From Moniliella sp. 'wahieum' (Eukaryota), in assembly GCA_003971905.1 (NCBI GenBank), contig RSEE01000071.1:248001-312000 (forward strand): a stretch of DNA of 64,000 nt. Direction: 5' to 3'. Made by a program: the position numbers and the translations under genes. Shown piece by piece: positions 25,376-37,983 of this stretch (the stretch's first letter is position 1; the number at the start of each line of letters is the position of its first letter). Under the pieces are notes generated by a model. That model searched no databases, was not told the DNA's origin, and was given only the letters and a program-made list of their open reading frames with translations.

Positions 25376-27267
25376 CTAGGTGCGTGAAGAACGGTAGACA
25401 TCGACTTGAGACCGACGATAGTCGCGTCGCTCTTTGGTCTCATCTTTCCCGCCCATCTTGCCCCAGGAGAGAAGGGGACAACGACAACGGTGCAGTTACC
25501 TGGCTGCCCAATTCCAAAGCAAAGTCCAGTACGGCCTTAGCAGCCCCGGCGGGGGTTTTGTACCCGCGACAAATATCCACCACTTCTTGGTCCGAAAGCA
25601 CGTCGCTCACGCCGTCAGAAAAGCCAATGAGAAAGAAATTTCCGTGCCTCGGTACACCTTCATCCCACTGGGATGGGAACCTGGGGGCACGCCAGTGGTA
25701 CGGGTCGAGTCGGGAGGCGGGGCAGGACGCGAAGGGGGAGAAAAACGGTTGATCTCCGGTTCGGGCGTAACACCCAACCGTTTAAACTTGGTATCGCCAA
25801 ACGCTCGTGTGTTGGCCAGCGCGCCCATCCAGCGCTGTTCACCAAACGAGTCCGAGACCAAATTGGCGCCCAGACGGCGGAGCCGATGTGCTTCCCCTGG
25901 CTCATCGGCGTGGTGGTGGTGGGTAAGACTGATGGCCTTGCCGTCCGACGCGCGGCACAAGAGCATCCTCGTGTCGCCGACATGCGCCACGGTGATACCT
26001 ACCAGGCTAGCGCTGTACCATGGTGTGACGCTCGGCTGGCCCGGCACGGTGGTCTGACTAGGCGGGTCGAGGGAAGCGATCAATGCGACGCTGGCTGTTG
26101 ATCCACCTAGGTCCAGCTCTTTCTCCCCCGTCTGGCGATTGGTCCGCGATCCGATCACCCGGTCCGCAATAGCCACGCGAGCGTCGCACGCTCCACCAAC
26201 GTCATGGGCGCATCAGCAAGGGCGGGGGGGACAGGGTGGGCGAGCGTGAGAAGCGCTTCGTCAGGTTCGTCGGGCGGGACGACCAGCATAGACGCCTGGG
26301 CAGATTCGGAGAGTGTGTGAGTCAGGCGGTCGGGATCGTTCTTGGGCGTGGGAGGGTGGAGGAGTTGGGACTTGGCCTGAGCGTCCAGTTTGTCGGTGGT
26401 GAAGACGCCGCCGGGACTGGTGCTGACACTGGTGTTGGTGTTGGTGCTGGTGCTGTGCTGGTGCTGGTGTTGGTGTTAGTGCCAGTGCTGGCGCTGGCGC
26501 TAGGCCCGGGCGGGAAGTGGGAGTAGGAGAGTAAGGATGGGAACTGGAGCGCTGGCTCGACGCGTCCCGGCTCTGCCTCGGCGGGGGCGGGCGGGTCGGA
26601 GGCGGTGGTGAGTGTGGCGCGAGCAGCGAGGGCGGAGAGGGAAGAGTGGGGCTGAGCGATGGTGAACGTGGGGGGTGTCGTCCGAAGCGGGTGGGGGCGG
26701 GGGTTTGGCACGTGGCTTGGGGCGGCGCGGCGGCGGGGCAGGCAACAGTTCGGGCCGGACCCAGCGCTGCAGTAGGCCGCCCTGGAAGCGCGCAAAGTAC
26801 CCTCCCAGGGAGCGCTGGTACGCCACCACGTCCGTTGCCAGTTCCGGGTGGACCGATTCGAAGATGCGTGGCAACTCGGCACGCAGGAAGCCCGACACGA
26901 CCGGCCCGCCATGGCCGTCAAAGCACGATACCCATAGCAGCTGTGCGTCAGACACGTTGGAAGCAGGTTGGCACAGCGCAGCTGTCTGCGCAGCCGCCTC
27001 GGCCCGTGCACTGTCCACCGCCTGCACTAGCGTCTACACACCTCGCGCGCCGGCACACGCACGCACGCCACGCGCGCCGCATCTTCTTGGTACGGCCGCT
27101 CGCCGCGACTGGTGGCTAGGCCGTAGGCCCGATTGGGCTGGAGCGAGATGCGCGCAGGAACAGGGGTCGTGATGCGCACATAGTCGCTCACGCTGCGAAC
27201 GCCACGAGGGGCGGCAGACAGCAAAGTGACCTCGGGCGAGAGAGCGGAGGCCCAAGCCCAGAGCCAT
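25376..27267 (-). CDS. PP2C-family protein phosphatase (Ptc6-like, probably mitochondrial); frameshifted
   Basis: GLATSRGERPYQED, CFDGHGG, GGSTASVAL, AHVGDTR, LANTRAFGD..FK..GVTPEP, SDGVSD. Confidence 0.9.
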
Positions 27268-27328
27268 GACTCGGTACCGCACGTGGGGAGACGCGTTCGA
27301 GATGGCGGAGAGGGGGAGCGAGACAGGA

Positions 27329-27453
27329 GTGATGGCGATGGTGCGGCGATGGCGAGGGCGAGGGCGAGGGCGAGGGCGAGGGCGACGCGATGGCGATGGC
27401 GCTGGCAATGGCGATAGCGATGGCGAGGGCGAGGGCGATGGCGATGGCGATGG
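27329..27453. repeat. Hexamer microsatellite (GGCGAG/GGCGAT)n in the PP2C 5' region
   Basis: Seen directly. Confidence 0.85.
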
Positions 27454-28740
27454 CCAAGCAGGTGCTGGTGTGGGTGGCATGCCCGTCCCAATGTGCCTAG
27501 TAATCGTCGCCCCCGGGTCCGGCAACGGCTGGATGGCGGAACCGGAGATTGCAGGCTGGCGCAGTGCCGGCAAAGTATCAAGTCGATTGCCGTGTCGGCG
27601 TTGATTAATGATTGTGATCAGACAAGAATAATACCCAACTCTGCCGTTGCTTTATCGTCCAACACGAGAACCGCTGCTGGGGTGATGCTCTTCATCATGG
27701 ACGTACAATCGTACATGGCTGGAGATATCAGCCCACGACGACCCGAGTCGCCTTCGTTCCCCTGACCACCTCCCCCCCTTCAATGCATACAAAGCGAGGA
27801 GGCAGACGAAAGAGCTTCTGTGGGGGTTTCGCTATGCTGTAACCATATCGTACCAGAGTCGCGACGGTAGTAGGGGGAAAGTATGCGTACAACACAAGCA
27901 CATTGGACGCGCATATATACTAAGAACATGTATATGGAGATGGTCCGAAGCGCAGATGAGTGCACATCCCGAAATGTGTGGGTTCCAAGCTTCACTTTCA
28001 TCTGTGCAGCCCCACAGCCAGAGCTAATAAAAAAGTGATATGATTCTCCTACCTCTCTAGCGACAGTATAAGCGCAAAGGGTGCATGGAAAACGACGCGG
28101 TGTGCGACGGACAGCTATGTTCTAGGCTGGCTGGACAGGCTACCCTTTCTCTCGTTTCCACGTATGCATATAAAGAGACCTCAAGGAGAAGTGACAACGA
28201 AGACATATAGGATGCCTATCCTAAAAGGAAGATGTGCCTGTTTTTCAGAAAAGAGGTGTGGAAGAGTGCTCCAGCGAACGGCTCTGGAAAATGGGATAGA
28301 GAATGAACCTTTCTTAGAACATATAGCGTGAAGGGTCTCGTTCTCCTTAGCTGATTCATGATGCATGATTGCCTAGCTGTACTAGTAAGCTAGTAAAGTA
28401 CGCCAAAAGCATATTCCATGCAAAAGCCGGAGACTTATCTCGCAGACTGTAGAAAAGCCCCTGGACGCCACATGCCCATGACATATGCCGCTTCCCACAC
28501 ACACCCGACTATAACACAGCCTGAACCCCGCAGACCCCGCAGACTTTGTCCGGCGCGCGAGTAGATGGTGGAGCCGAGAGTTCTTTTGGGCGCACCACGG
28601 CGCAGCCCAGTCAAAATAAGAACCAGATCCAACAAGTATATATAGCGATCCCTATATCATGCCCTCTCTTTCCTGTTGTAACACAACCGTTTCGCCACCA
28701 TCGCACCACCCCCACACACCCTGCTTTGAATCTCTCTACC

Positions 28741-29048
28741 ATGGTACGCCGTTCTCGTCCGTCTTACTGCAGCGTTGCTGAATGGGCCTTGTTCGGCAGC
28801 CCGAGCCCACCTGGCTGACCCATATCTTTCCTGATACCCAGGGCCTGTGCCAATCCAAGTCGAAGAAGAAGACGGACCCGTCGGCACTTGCGCGCACAGC
28901 CTCTCCTACGAGGGTACCCACGCCAACAATCCACTCCGTATTCCCGAGTCTGAGGGGGCACCCAAGCCCGATCCCAAATCCGCCAGTGAGATGTACAAGA
29001 CTACGACGTTTCAAGAACGCATCAAGGCGGGGAGAATGCGTATCGTAA
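28741..29048 (+). CDS. Small protein starting MGLCQSKSKKK (ATG micro-exon, intron 28744-28841); alternative stop at 29071 if frameshifted
   Basis: ATG|GTACGC donor, GCTGAC branch point, CCCAG acceptor, and a TATATATA box at about 28638. Splicing creates an MGxCxS-K motif. Confidence 0.6.
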
Positions 29049-30737
29049 CCCGTGAGTGGACGAGAGCCTGAAGAAGACACGGAACGAATGGGAGGTTTCG
29101 GTGTTTTATTCGTTTGAGTCCCCCCCTTGCTGATCCACCATTTTGTGCCTCTTCTCGCGTTTACGTTCCCGGATGACCAACTTGGCCTCTCCGACAAATC
29201 ACCACGACACTGATCACACTTCCTCTTCTCAATCTCTCGTCCCTCGTTGCTACTCCCTCAAAATTACACGTTCTGGAATTCGGACCAAAGCCCCTTCTCC
29301 GACCGGCTTCACCCTGCTCGCCTTGTGCACATATCCCCCGTTTCCCCTTACGACGCCCCTGCCAGCTGCCTGTAGCCACATTCCCTGTTTGGAAGACATG
29401 TGTTTCTATTTTTCATTGGGCATTTCCATTCCTAGTCGCTTAGCTGTGGCACTGCAATACCCGACTCGTGGTGATGTTGATGATGGCCGGGGGGAATGGG
29501 GGATGGCACGAGAAGTGGGGAAATGAGGGTATCTTCCAGAGGGATCCGGCCGGGAATGCCTCGATTGTGGACATGCATGTACATGTGTGACTGGGCATGC
29601 CGCGCGCTGTAAAGGGCCTGGCGAGAGAACTGGGTCAGGAGGCAGCAGGAACTCGCATAATATGAGATGGAGTGTGGCAACCATATAGGCTGGGGCGAAC
29701 TGGAGAGCCTGTGGTGGAATGGCACGGTAGTAGTTTGCAAGGTCTAAGCGTTAGATGCTCTCAGAGTACACCTGGGATCCAGGGACGTATACTGGCCACA
29801 GGTTCTCCCTTTGCCAGGGTGCGACTTGGGGCTCTTGAGCTAGTTGGTTTGATTGGGGATACAGAGATCGTCTCTTTTCCGCACACTCGTTTTGGTTGGA
29901 GGCGATGGATGGCGAGGATGGAATGGAGAGGATGGAGGATGGGGCTCTGGTGGTGAACCACAACAGGATGCCACGGCTACGCGGGGTTGAACATTGCACA
30001 TTGCACATTGAACGTTGAACATTCAAGTGGGAAGCTTGCCATCGCATGCAATGCTAGCAACGCCAACGCCTGCAGCGTGCGTGGTGGAGCAGCGAGCGAG
30101 AGCGAGGTACTGGCACACACAGCGCCTGTGCCGCCGCAGCTGTGCTGAGCGGCGTAGTGCGGAGGGGATCGGCGCGCGAGGCTTGGCGGGATAGTCGCTG
30201 CGCAATGCGGACAGGGCGCACTAGGGCACAGTCTACGCGACAGCCGTCCTACTCGGTCGTCGATACTCCCCCACTGCTGCTGGCCGAGCGCGGGGGCGCG
30301 TCGTGTCGGGAGCCACACTCGCCCACTGCCAGGGCTCAGCGCTCAGCAGCGCACGAGAGCGCTGGGTAAGGCGCGCTTGTGCCGAGGGCTGCGGCCGGGC
30401 GCTCGCGCAGGCCAGGCCAGCCCAATGCGCGCTAGCGCTCAGCCAGCCCAAGCCGCCCGGCGCGCGTGGCGCCTCTGGAAGCTGGATGCGGCGGCAGGCC
30501 AGCAGGGCTGCTCCAGCACTTGGGCTCGCAGCCCAGCACACAGGCCCCATCCCACACCACCGCATCACACCCTCCTGCGGGGTGGCTTCCCTCGGCCTCA
30601 CCATCCATTCCATCGCCTGCCGCATCCACACTCGTCTCCCTCTCCTGCCCCCTCTTCTGCCCACCACCACGCTCCTTGCCCCCCCCTCTCCCCTCTCTTC
30701 CTCGCTCCCGTGCCCCGCGCCCCGCGCTTCGCTCGCC

Positions 30738-31977
30738 ATGGCGCTGCGTCTTTCCCTCCTCAGCGTCCTCGCCCTCTTCGCCGCCCTCCTGGCCCTCGTC
30801 GCTTCCCCCGCCGCCGCATTCAAGCTGGGTCTACCCTGGGTGCCGACAATGCGTGGGCGCACCAGCTCACCTCCAATACCCACATTGGCTACTACCACAC
30901 CTGGCAAGCCGCCACGTCGCTAGCATCTCCAATGCTGGCGTCCAGTGGATCCCCACCCGCTGGGGCAACAAGAAGCCCGGCGACTGGAAAACGATCAAGA
31001 AGCTCTTCCCCAAGTACCGCTACCCCTACCTCTTGGCCTACAACGAGCCCGACGTTTCCACCCAGTCCGACACCCCCTCCCAGGCAGCCGCCGCCTTCCA
31101 AAAGGAACTCGCCCCGCTGCGCCAGTACGGGACCAAGATTTCCTCCCCGCAGATTGCTACGACATTGACTGGCTGTCGAAATTCACCAAGCAGCTCAGCA
31201 AGCGCGGCGGACACTATGACTTTATTGCTGCGCACTGTACGTTTCTTCTCTGTTCCGTTTGGTTTTTGTGCAGTGTCCTGATGGGCTGTATGCTAACCTA
31301 TCTGCTGCGGCTACCAGACTACGGTTCGTGGGACTCGGTGGACAAGCTGCGTCAGTACGTGACCAAGATCCACAACAAGTATCCGTCCAAGGACATCTTT
31401 ATCACCGAGTACGGTGTCACCTCCTCCTCCAACCCGTCTGCGGCGCAAGCCAAGAAATTCTTGGTGACGCTACCAACTTTTTGCGTCGACGGGCTACGTC
31501 AAGGCAGCCTTCCCGTTCGGTATGTTCTCTACCCCGCCGGATCAGTTTGGGTCGCGGCAAAACGCAGCATTCAAGGCTGGGGGCAACCTGCGTAGTGTGG
31601 GACAGTACTGGAAACACTACACCAGTTCCCGCCGCTCGATCGAATCGGGTGCCTTGTCGGGAGCATGCGTCGGCATGAACGGTTGCTCAAGCGTCTGGAG
31701 AGCCCGATCCCAACGACGAGGAGTTGTGGGACAACCATCCCAACCAGACCAACTGCGATGAGATTTGCCAGAAGCGCGACAGCTGGTTGGCCAGCTCAGT
31801 GACGATCCGGAGGAGGAGCAGGACAGCGATGATGACGGTGTTCACGCCGACCAGGATGACAGCGACGATGCCGAAGACATTGAGATTGACAGCTTTACTG
31901 AGGAGGATGCGAATGCCTGGCCTAGCGAGGAGGATGAGGCTGAGGCTGGCAAGGTGAAGACGACGAAGAGTGATTGA
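30738..31977 (+). CDS. Secreted GH128 (Asl1-like) beta-1,3-glucanase with an acidic C-terminal tail; intron 31237-31317; frameshifted
   Basis: Signal peptide; YHTW, LLAYNEPD (acid/base), DFIAAHYY after splicing, IFITEYG (nucleophile). Confidence 0.85.
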
Positions 31978-33355
31978 TTTTCACTTCAATCTTCTCTCCT
32001 TCCCTTCTCCCCCTCCCCACCGACTACCGTCCCTCGCTGCAGGGACAGGGAGGAAGGAGTTTCCGTCCGACAAGCGGTACCCACCTTATCCTTGGTATCT
32101 TCCCTCAGGCTATGTCGTGAGGTCGGCTGTCCTTCCTTTTCCCTTTCTGATCGCTTCTTCCCCCCCCCCCTCCCCCCACACGATATCCTGCCAACGGGCC
32201 CTTTCTTTTCCATTCTGTTTCCCGACACGAAAGGTTGCTTGTGCCGGGCGTTCTTGTTTGATACGGTACCGGGAGATTGGTGATTGGTACTCGCCCCTGC
32301 GTTCTCAATATCTTGGATTGTCCAGACTGGCCACTTGAATTCTTCGTGTATGCGGCGCTGGTTCGGCCGCAGTTACCGTTGCTTGGTTCCTTCCTCCCCC
32401 CCTCTCCACACGCACATCCCTGCGCTCCACCTCTCCTCCATTCACGGTCTTGTTTGTCTCCCCGCCTATTTTTCGTGCTTTTTCCTTTTCGCGACAGTTC
32501 TCTGCCCCTCGTTTGATTGGCCCGTTGGAAATTCTGTCTTTTGTTTAGCTTCATGGGTGGTTGGATGGGGACAATGCACGAGGCAAGGTGAGTAGTAGTT
32601 GTACGAACGGGCACAGCGTGGAGGGGGGAGGATGGTGAGAACGAGCGAGGATCAACGAGGGGCAAGGGTCTGGTAGGGTGCTAGTTCTATGTAAGCGAAA
32701 TGCAATGTACATGTACAGGCAGCCAGCATTAGTAAGGGCGCGCTGCAGCCGAATGCGTTGATTGATAGTCGATTGCGCCTGTTCCGCCCATTCCGCCCAC
32801 TGGTGGCTGGTGCGTGCCTGGGCGTGGCGACGGGCGTGCCCATCACAACCCCACGGGGCGGAATGCGCGCCGACCGGAATTGGAATTGGGCGAAGGCGAG
32901 ACGAGGCAGGACGACAGGCGCCGTGCGAGGGCTGCGACGCATGGCAGTTACCGCGCCCAGGCGCACGGGGCGAGTGTGCCCCCTGCTGCTGTGCCCGACA
33001 CGGCCGCCGCGGGAAGGCAGCAGCAGCCGGCCACTGTGCGCGCCGGGCACCCGTCCCCCCCTCGGCGCAGGGCCAGTGTGCCGCTGATAGTTGCACCTGC
33101 GCTTTTCTGCCAGTCGATTCGCCCTGCAGCTCCAAGCTTCACGTTGAAGCGTCGGCCCCCTCGCCGCACCAGCGCCACCACCAACGCCACACCACCACCA
33201 CTGCCAGCCCCACCGCCAGCTCCACCGCCACTGCCTCCGTCCCCGCCACTGCGCTTGCTCTGCGCCCATGTCGGACCCCCCCGCCGCACCCCATCCCTTC
33301 TCCATCTCCCCATGTCCTTGCCCAGCGATCCATCCGCCTCCCCCCACCCGCTGCC

Positions 33356-34618
33356 ATGTCCATGCCTTCGTCTGCGTCCGCCCCGGCACCCGTCCTCCCC
33401 TATCCACCCGACAGCCAAGCGCTCCTTGCTTTGCAGATGCGCCACATGATTGCTCAGCAGCAGCAGAGACAGCAGCAGCAGCAGCAGCAGCAACCGCAAG
33501 ACAAACAGCAACAGCAGCAACAGCCCCAGCCCCAGCCCCCCCAGCTTCCTTCCCACCCGCGTCTCATCCCCAACTGCAGCAGGCTCCGCAGCAGGCGCAG
33601 CTCTTCTCGCAGCTAACTTCTGGGCAGCCGCTGTCCGAACAGGTGATGCGCGCGTACATGTCGGCGGGACTTGTTGCCAATCCTCTCTTCCCCCATCCAC
33701 CCTCGTTCTTTTCTCCCGTTCCGCAGCGCCCTGCTGCTGTCCCCGCTTCCGCTTCCGCTTCCGCGCCTCCTGCCTCTGCCTCTGCCTCTGCCTCTGCCTC
33801 TGCCTCTGCGCCTGCTCCTGCTTCGGCCTCTCCTGTGGCTACCTCCGTCACCCCCTCCCCTATCCACTCGACTGACGCAACCGCCTCCTCCATCAGCACC
33901 CAGACCAATTGGGCTGCGGTGCACCCTTCCCCCCAACCCCCGGGCCCAGTATCGGCACCTGCAGTTCCCAGGCCTGCTGTGAAACGCTCCCCCACCTTGG
34001 ACTTTAGCGATTTCGTGACTAGTTCTGATGACGAGTCGCATCCGCTTGAACAGGAGGGGGGAGCGTCCCTCCCGCCCCCTGTCTCGGCGCAGCCTATAGC
34101 CAATGGGTGGTCTTCTGCAGCCGCGTCTCCCGTGCCTGGGGGACGAGCACGGTAGCCCAGGGTGCCATTCCAGCCCCGGCTCCCGTTGCGGCTCCGGCTG
34201 CGGGAGCAAGTAGTGGTGGCAGTGGGACAGCCGCTACTTCCGCTCCTGCTCCTGCTCCTACTGCTACTCCTGCTCCTGCTCCAGCTCCAGCTCCTGCTTC
34301 CGTTTCTGCGTCTGCGCCGACTGTGTCTAGCTCGGCTGGTGTTTTGCCGCCGTCCCAGCCGGTTCCTCAACCCGGCTTGTCGAACTTGTTTTCTGTCCAA
34401 TCAGCTACGCCCATGTCGGCGCCCTCCACTACCCCCACATCGTTTGCTGCCATGTGCACTAACTTATGCAGCAACAAATTCAGTTGCGGCAGCTGCAGCA
34501 ACGTCAATTGCAGCTGAACCCTCAGCAGCTGCAGATGTTCGAGCAGGAGCGGCAGCGCATGTGGCAAATGATGCAAATGCACCAACAGCAGCTCCAACAA
34601 CAACAACGGCAGCAACAT

Positions 34619-34650
<32 letters not shown>

Positions 34651-37038
34651 ACCGCAGCAGGCGCTTCGCTTGCCACAAGCTGCAATGTTTACTCCTTCCG
34701 CACCGCTTGCTCCTGTTCCCTTACCTCCCCCTCCACCTGCCTCTACGGAACCGCGTCAGCTGCACCAAGAGCTGTTGATGCGTTGGACCGGCTAGCGGCG
34801 TTGAGGTGAAGGACGATGAGACGCGGGGGGGTGTTGGGGTCGATTTAACGTCCAAGTCGGAATCGTTGTTACTTTTGGCGCGGCAACGGGGATGCTGCGA
34901 CACATGCGGACCTGGCTGCAAGATGTCAAGCCTGTGGGAGGCCAGAGTGAGACGGAGCGGTACCCGAGCGTATCGGAGCAAACTGCCGCGGCCTATTGGA
35001 TCGGATTGTGCGGTTGGTGCTGGAAGCGACTCCGGTGCCCGAGTGGCTGACGAAGGACCTGAGCGACCTGAAATGACCGTGAAGCGCATGCGGCGCACGC
35101 TGAACAAGAAGTGTAGTACCTGTCCTGGTGTGTGGTGTGTGGTGTGGGAAGCGAGGCGCGAGGGACGGCAGTCGCGGAGGCGAGAAACGGAAGGGCTCGG
35201 TGAGAAATACATGTGTGCTCGTCTAAACTATCAGACGCGGAGTCCCAGTGGCGGAGAGGTGTACTGCCCCGTGCCCCAACTGTCCACGCCCCCTGGCCCG
35301 GGGGACACTGACCATGTGCGAGCGGTGTGCTGACTTGCGCTGTGCCTGCACCTGTGCCGTGCGTTTTGCTTTGTGTGATGTGCAGTTGCCGACCAACTCA
35401 CCCAGCTCCTCGAGGCTTGGAACGCCCCCGCCGCCGGTTCCTCCACCCCCACTTCCACCTCCACCTCCACCTCCGCCGCCTCCAGCAAGGGGTCTTCGGA
35501 TGCCTCGGCCGCCACGGGCCCCAGCAAGCGCAAGCTCACCGACCCCGCTGCGCAGAGTGCCACCGTCGCCAAGAAACTCAAGGCGACCGAGGCGGGGAGG
35601 AAGGCGGCGTCGCCCAGCCCTGGGCCAGGGTCGACGAAACCCGCGGCTGTGTCTGGGTCTGTAACCAAGACGTCTTCCGTCAAGGCTCCCGTAGCCAAGG
35701 CGGCCGTAGCCAAGGCGGCCGTAGCCAAGGCGGCCGTAGCCAAGCCGGGCGCAGCCAAGGTTCCTGCGGCGACTACGGGGGTAAGCGCGATCAAGAAGAG
35801 TGATGCGTCGGCGCTGGATGCCAAGCGGCGTAGTAGGCCGGGCACGGGGCCAGACCAGCGTGCGTCCGTTCTTGCTGAGGAAGAGAGCGGCAACTTGTTG
35901 CTGCGAGACAGGCGTTGATGAAGAAGCATCGCGAGGCGCGTATGTCCAAGGACGCTAAGGATCCCATCAAGGTGCCCCTGAGTAAAAAGGGCACTGCGAC
36001 AGCGACACTGGGCAAGCCGGGGGTCAAGCCTAAACTTGCCAACCCTGTGTCTGCTCTGTTGGGCGGTCCGAAGAGCGAGGGAGGTGGAGGGGCAGCCAAG
36101 ACCAAACCTGACCTGCCGTCGTTCCGCAAAGTGCCTTTGACCGGAACCAAGAAGGCCCCCGCCAACAAGGGCTTTGGGTTAATGGATACGCTGCTGCAAC
36201 ATACCAAGGAACCGTCATTATCTTCTCCGAGAGAAGCGTCGCCTCGTTCGCCCTCTGTCAACGCGCCCAGCTCGGCCGAGACCAAAGGAGAGGACACGCC
36301 TCGCCCCCAGCTCCGACGCAAGGGGGGGATGAAGCCAGCGCAACCGACTGCGTCCCAACCGAAATTTACCGGTCGCGTTTCGTTTGCCCAGGGGGCCGAG
36401 CTGGCTTCGTACCAGACCCTTCCCAAGCGCGGCAACGTACAGTACCATCCATGGTGGCTTGCCGCAGACTGGGGCGCCGGGTACGAGGAACGTGCACGTG
36501 CGGAGCTGGCTAACGAACCGTTTGGTTCGGCATCGGGAACCCAGCCTCACCCCAACGACCAGTTCATCTCCTCCTTCTTGTCGGGCAAAGACGCTGATGG
36601 CCACCACATGGTCCAGCACGACGCTGAGGAGGAAGAGGAGGTTCCAGCGCAATCGCAATCGCAATCGCAATCGCAAGCGGAAGCCCAGGTGCAATCGGCA
36701 GCGCAATCGGAACCGCAATCGGAAGCACAAGAAGAGGAGTACGATCCTACCCAAGCCGACTTCTCTCAGCCCCTTCCGTCTTCGCTCCCGCCGCTTCTTC
36801 CTCCGAGACGCGCGAGACCAGCGCACCGCCAACTGCGGGTGCAGGGGCAGGATCTGCCCCGCCTCCAGAGCCGCCGGCACCACCGCCGCTGCGCGCTTGG
36901 TACACGCCTGCGCTCTTGGCGGATGTCACGGACCGAGGGGAGCAAAGCGAGTTGGGATCGTTGGACCTTGGCGCGCCCTGGGCGCTGGCAGGGGAACCTA
37001 AGGCCCAGGCGGAGGTTTCCGCTACTGCGTCCGCGTGA
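33356..37038 (+). CDS. Large Q/P/A-rich protein, possibly a PNUTS/Ppn1/Ref2-like PP1 regulator; frameshifted
   Basis: PolyQ tracts, a helical segment near 34800-35420 resembling a TFIIS N-terminal domain (MRTWLQD...LLEAWN), and an RVxF motif in KFTGRVSFAQGAELASYQ. The coding region is confident; the identity is inference. Confidence 0.5.
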
Positions 37039-37281
37039 GATGGCTGGTTCGGTTGGCCTTGACCTTACCCTTGGCCGTTGCGTGGCCGTTGCGTGGCCGC
37101 GGCTGATTTCATCTGATCGTTATTCTATTCTATTCCATCCCATCCCGTCCCATTCCATCCCACCCTATCCCATGCAGCTTGTGCAGGCTGATGTGGTCTG
37201 TGCTTCTCTGGCCGACTGGCCTCCCTGCCTCTCTGTCCCCCTATGAAGTGCTGATGTACTGTATACCTTGCTTGTCCATAT

Positions 37282-37326
37282 GGTTCGGTTCGGTTCGGTT
37301 CGGTTCGGTTCGGTTCGGTTCGGCTC
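37282..37326. repeat. (GGTTC)x8 microsatellite
   Basis: Seen directly. Confidence 0.95.
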
Positions 37327-37571
37327 GTGACGACAGACTGGCAGCCAGAGGGACAGCGACGGACCCAATCCTGATTCTATCCGTGTACGATGAAGTAGAT
37401 GGTAGTAGGCAGGTAGATAGTAAGTAGGTCAGGAGATGGAAGTTAGGCATGGATGCGAGGCAGGCGGTTAGTCGGTTGGAGAGGCGAGTGCCTCGGACTG
37501 GGCGCAATGCATCCTGGATACTCGACTATGACTATCATCGCGCACAGCAGCAACCATCTGAATCCACAATG

Positions 37572-37790
<219 letters not shown>

Positions 37791-37983
37791 TATACTCGCC
37801 GTACACGTACCACTCACACCCATCCATAATAACCGGTAACGATAACCACAACCACAACCACAACCAAACGTTGAACTGCATCAACAAGACCACCCGCCTC
37901 CTCCCTCCCCCCACCGACGCACCGACGCACAACCAGACGCAAAAGCACAGACACCGATCCGAACCATCCAACATCCACCTGGT

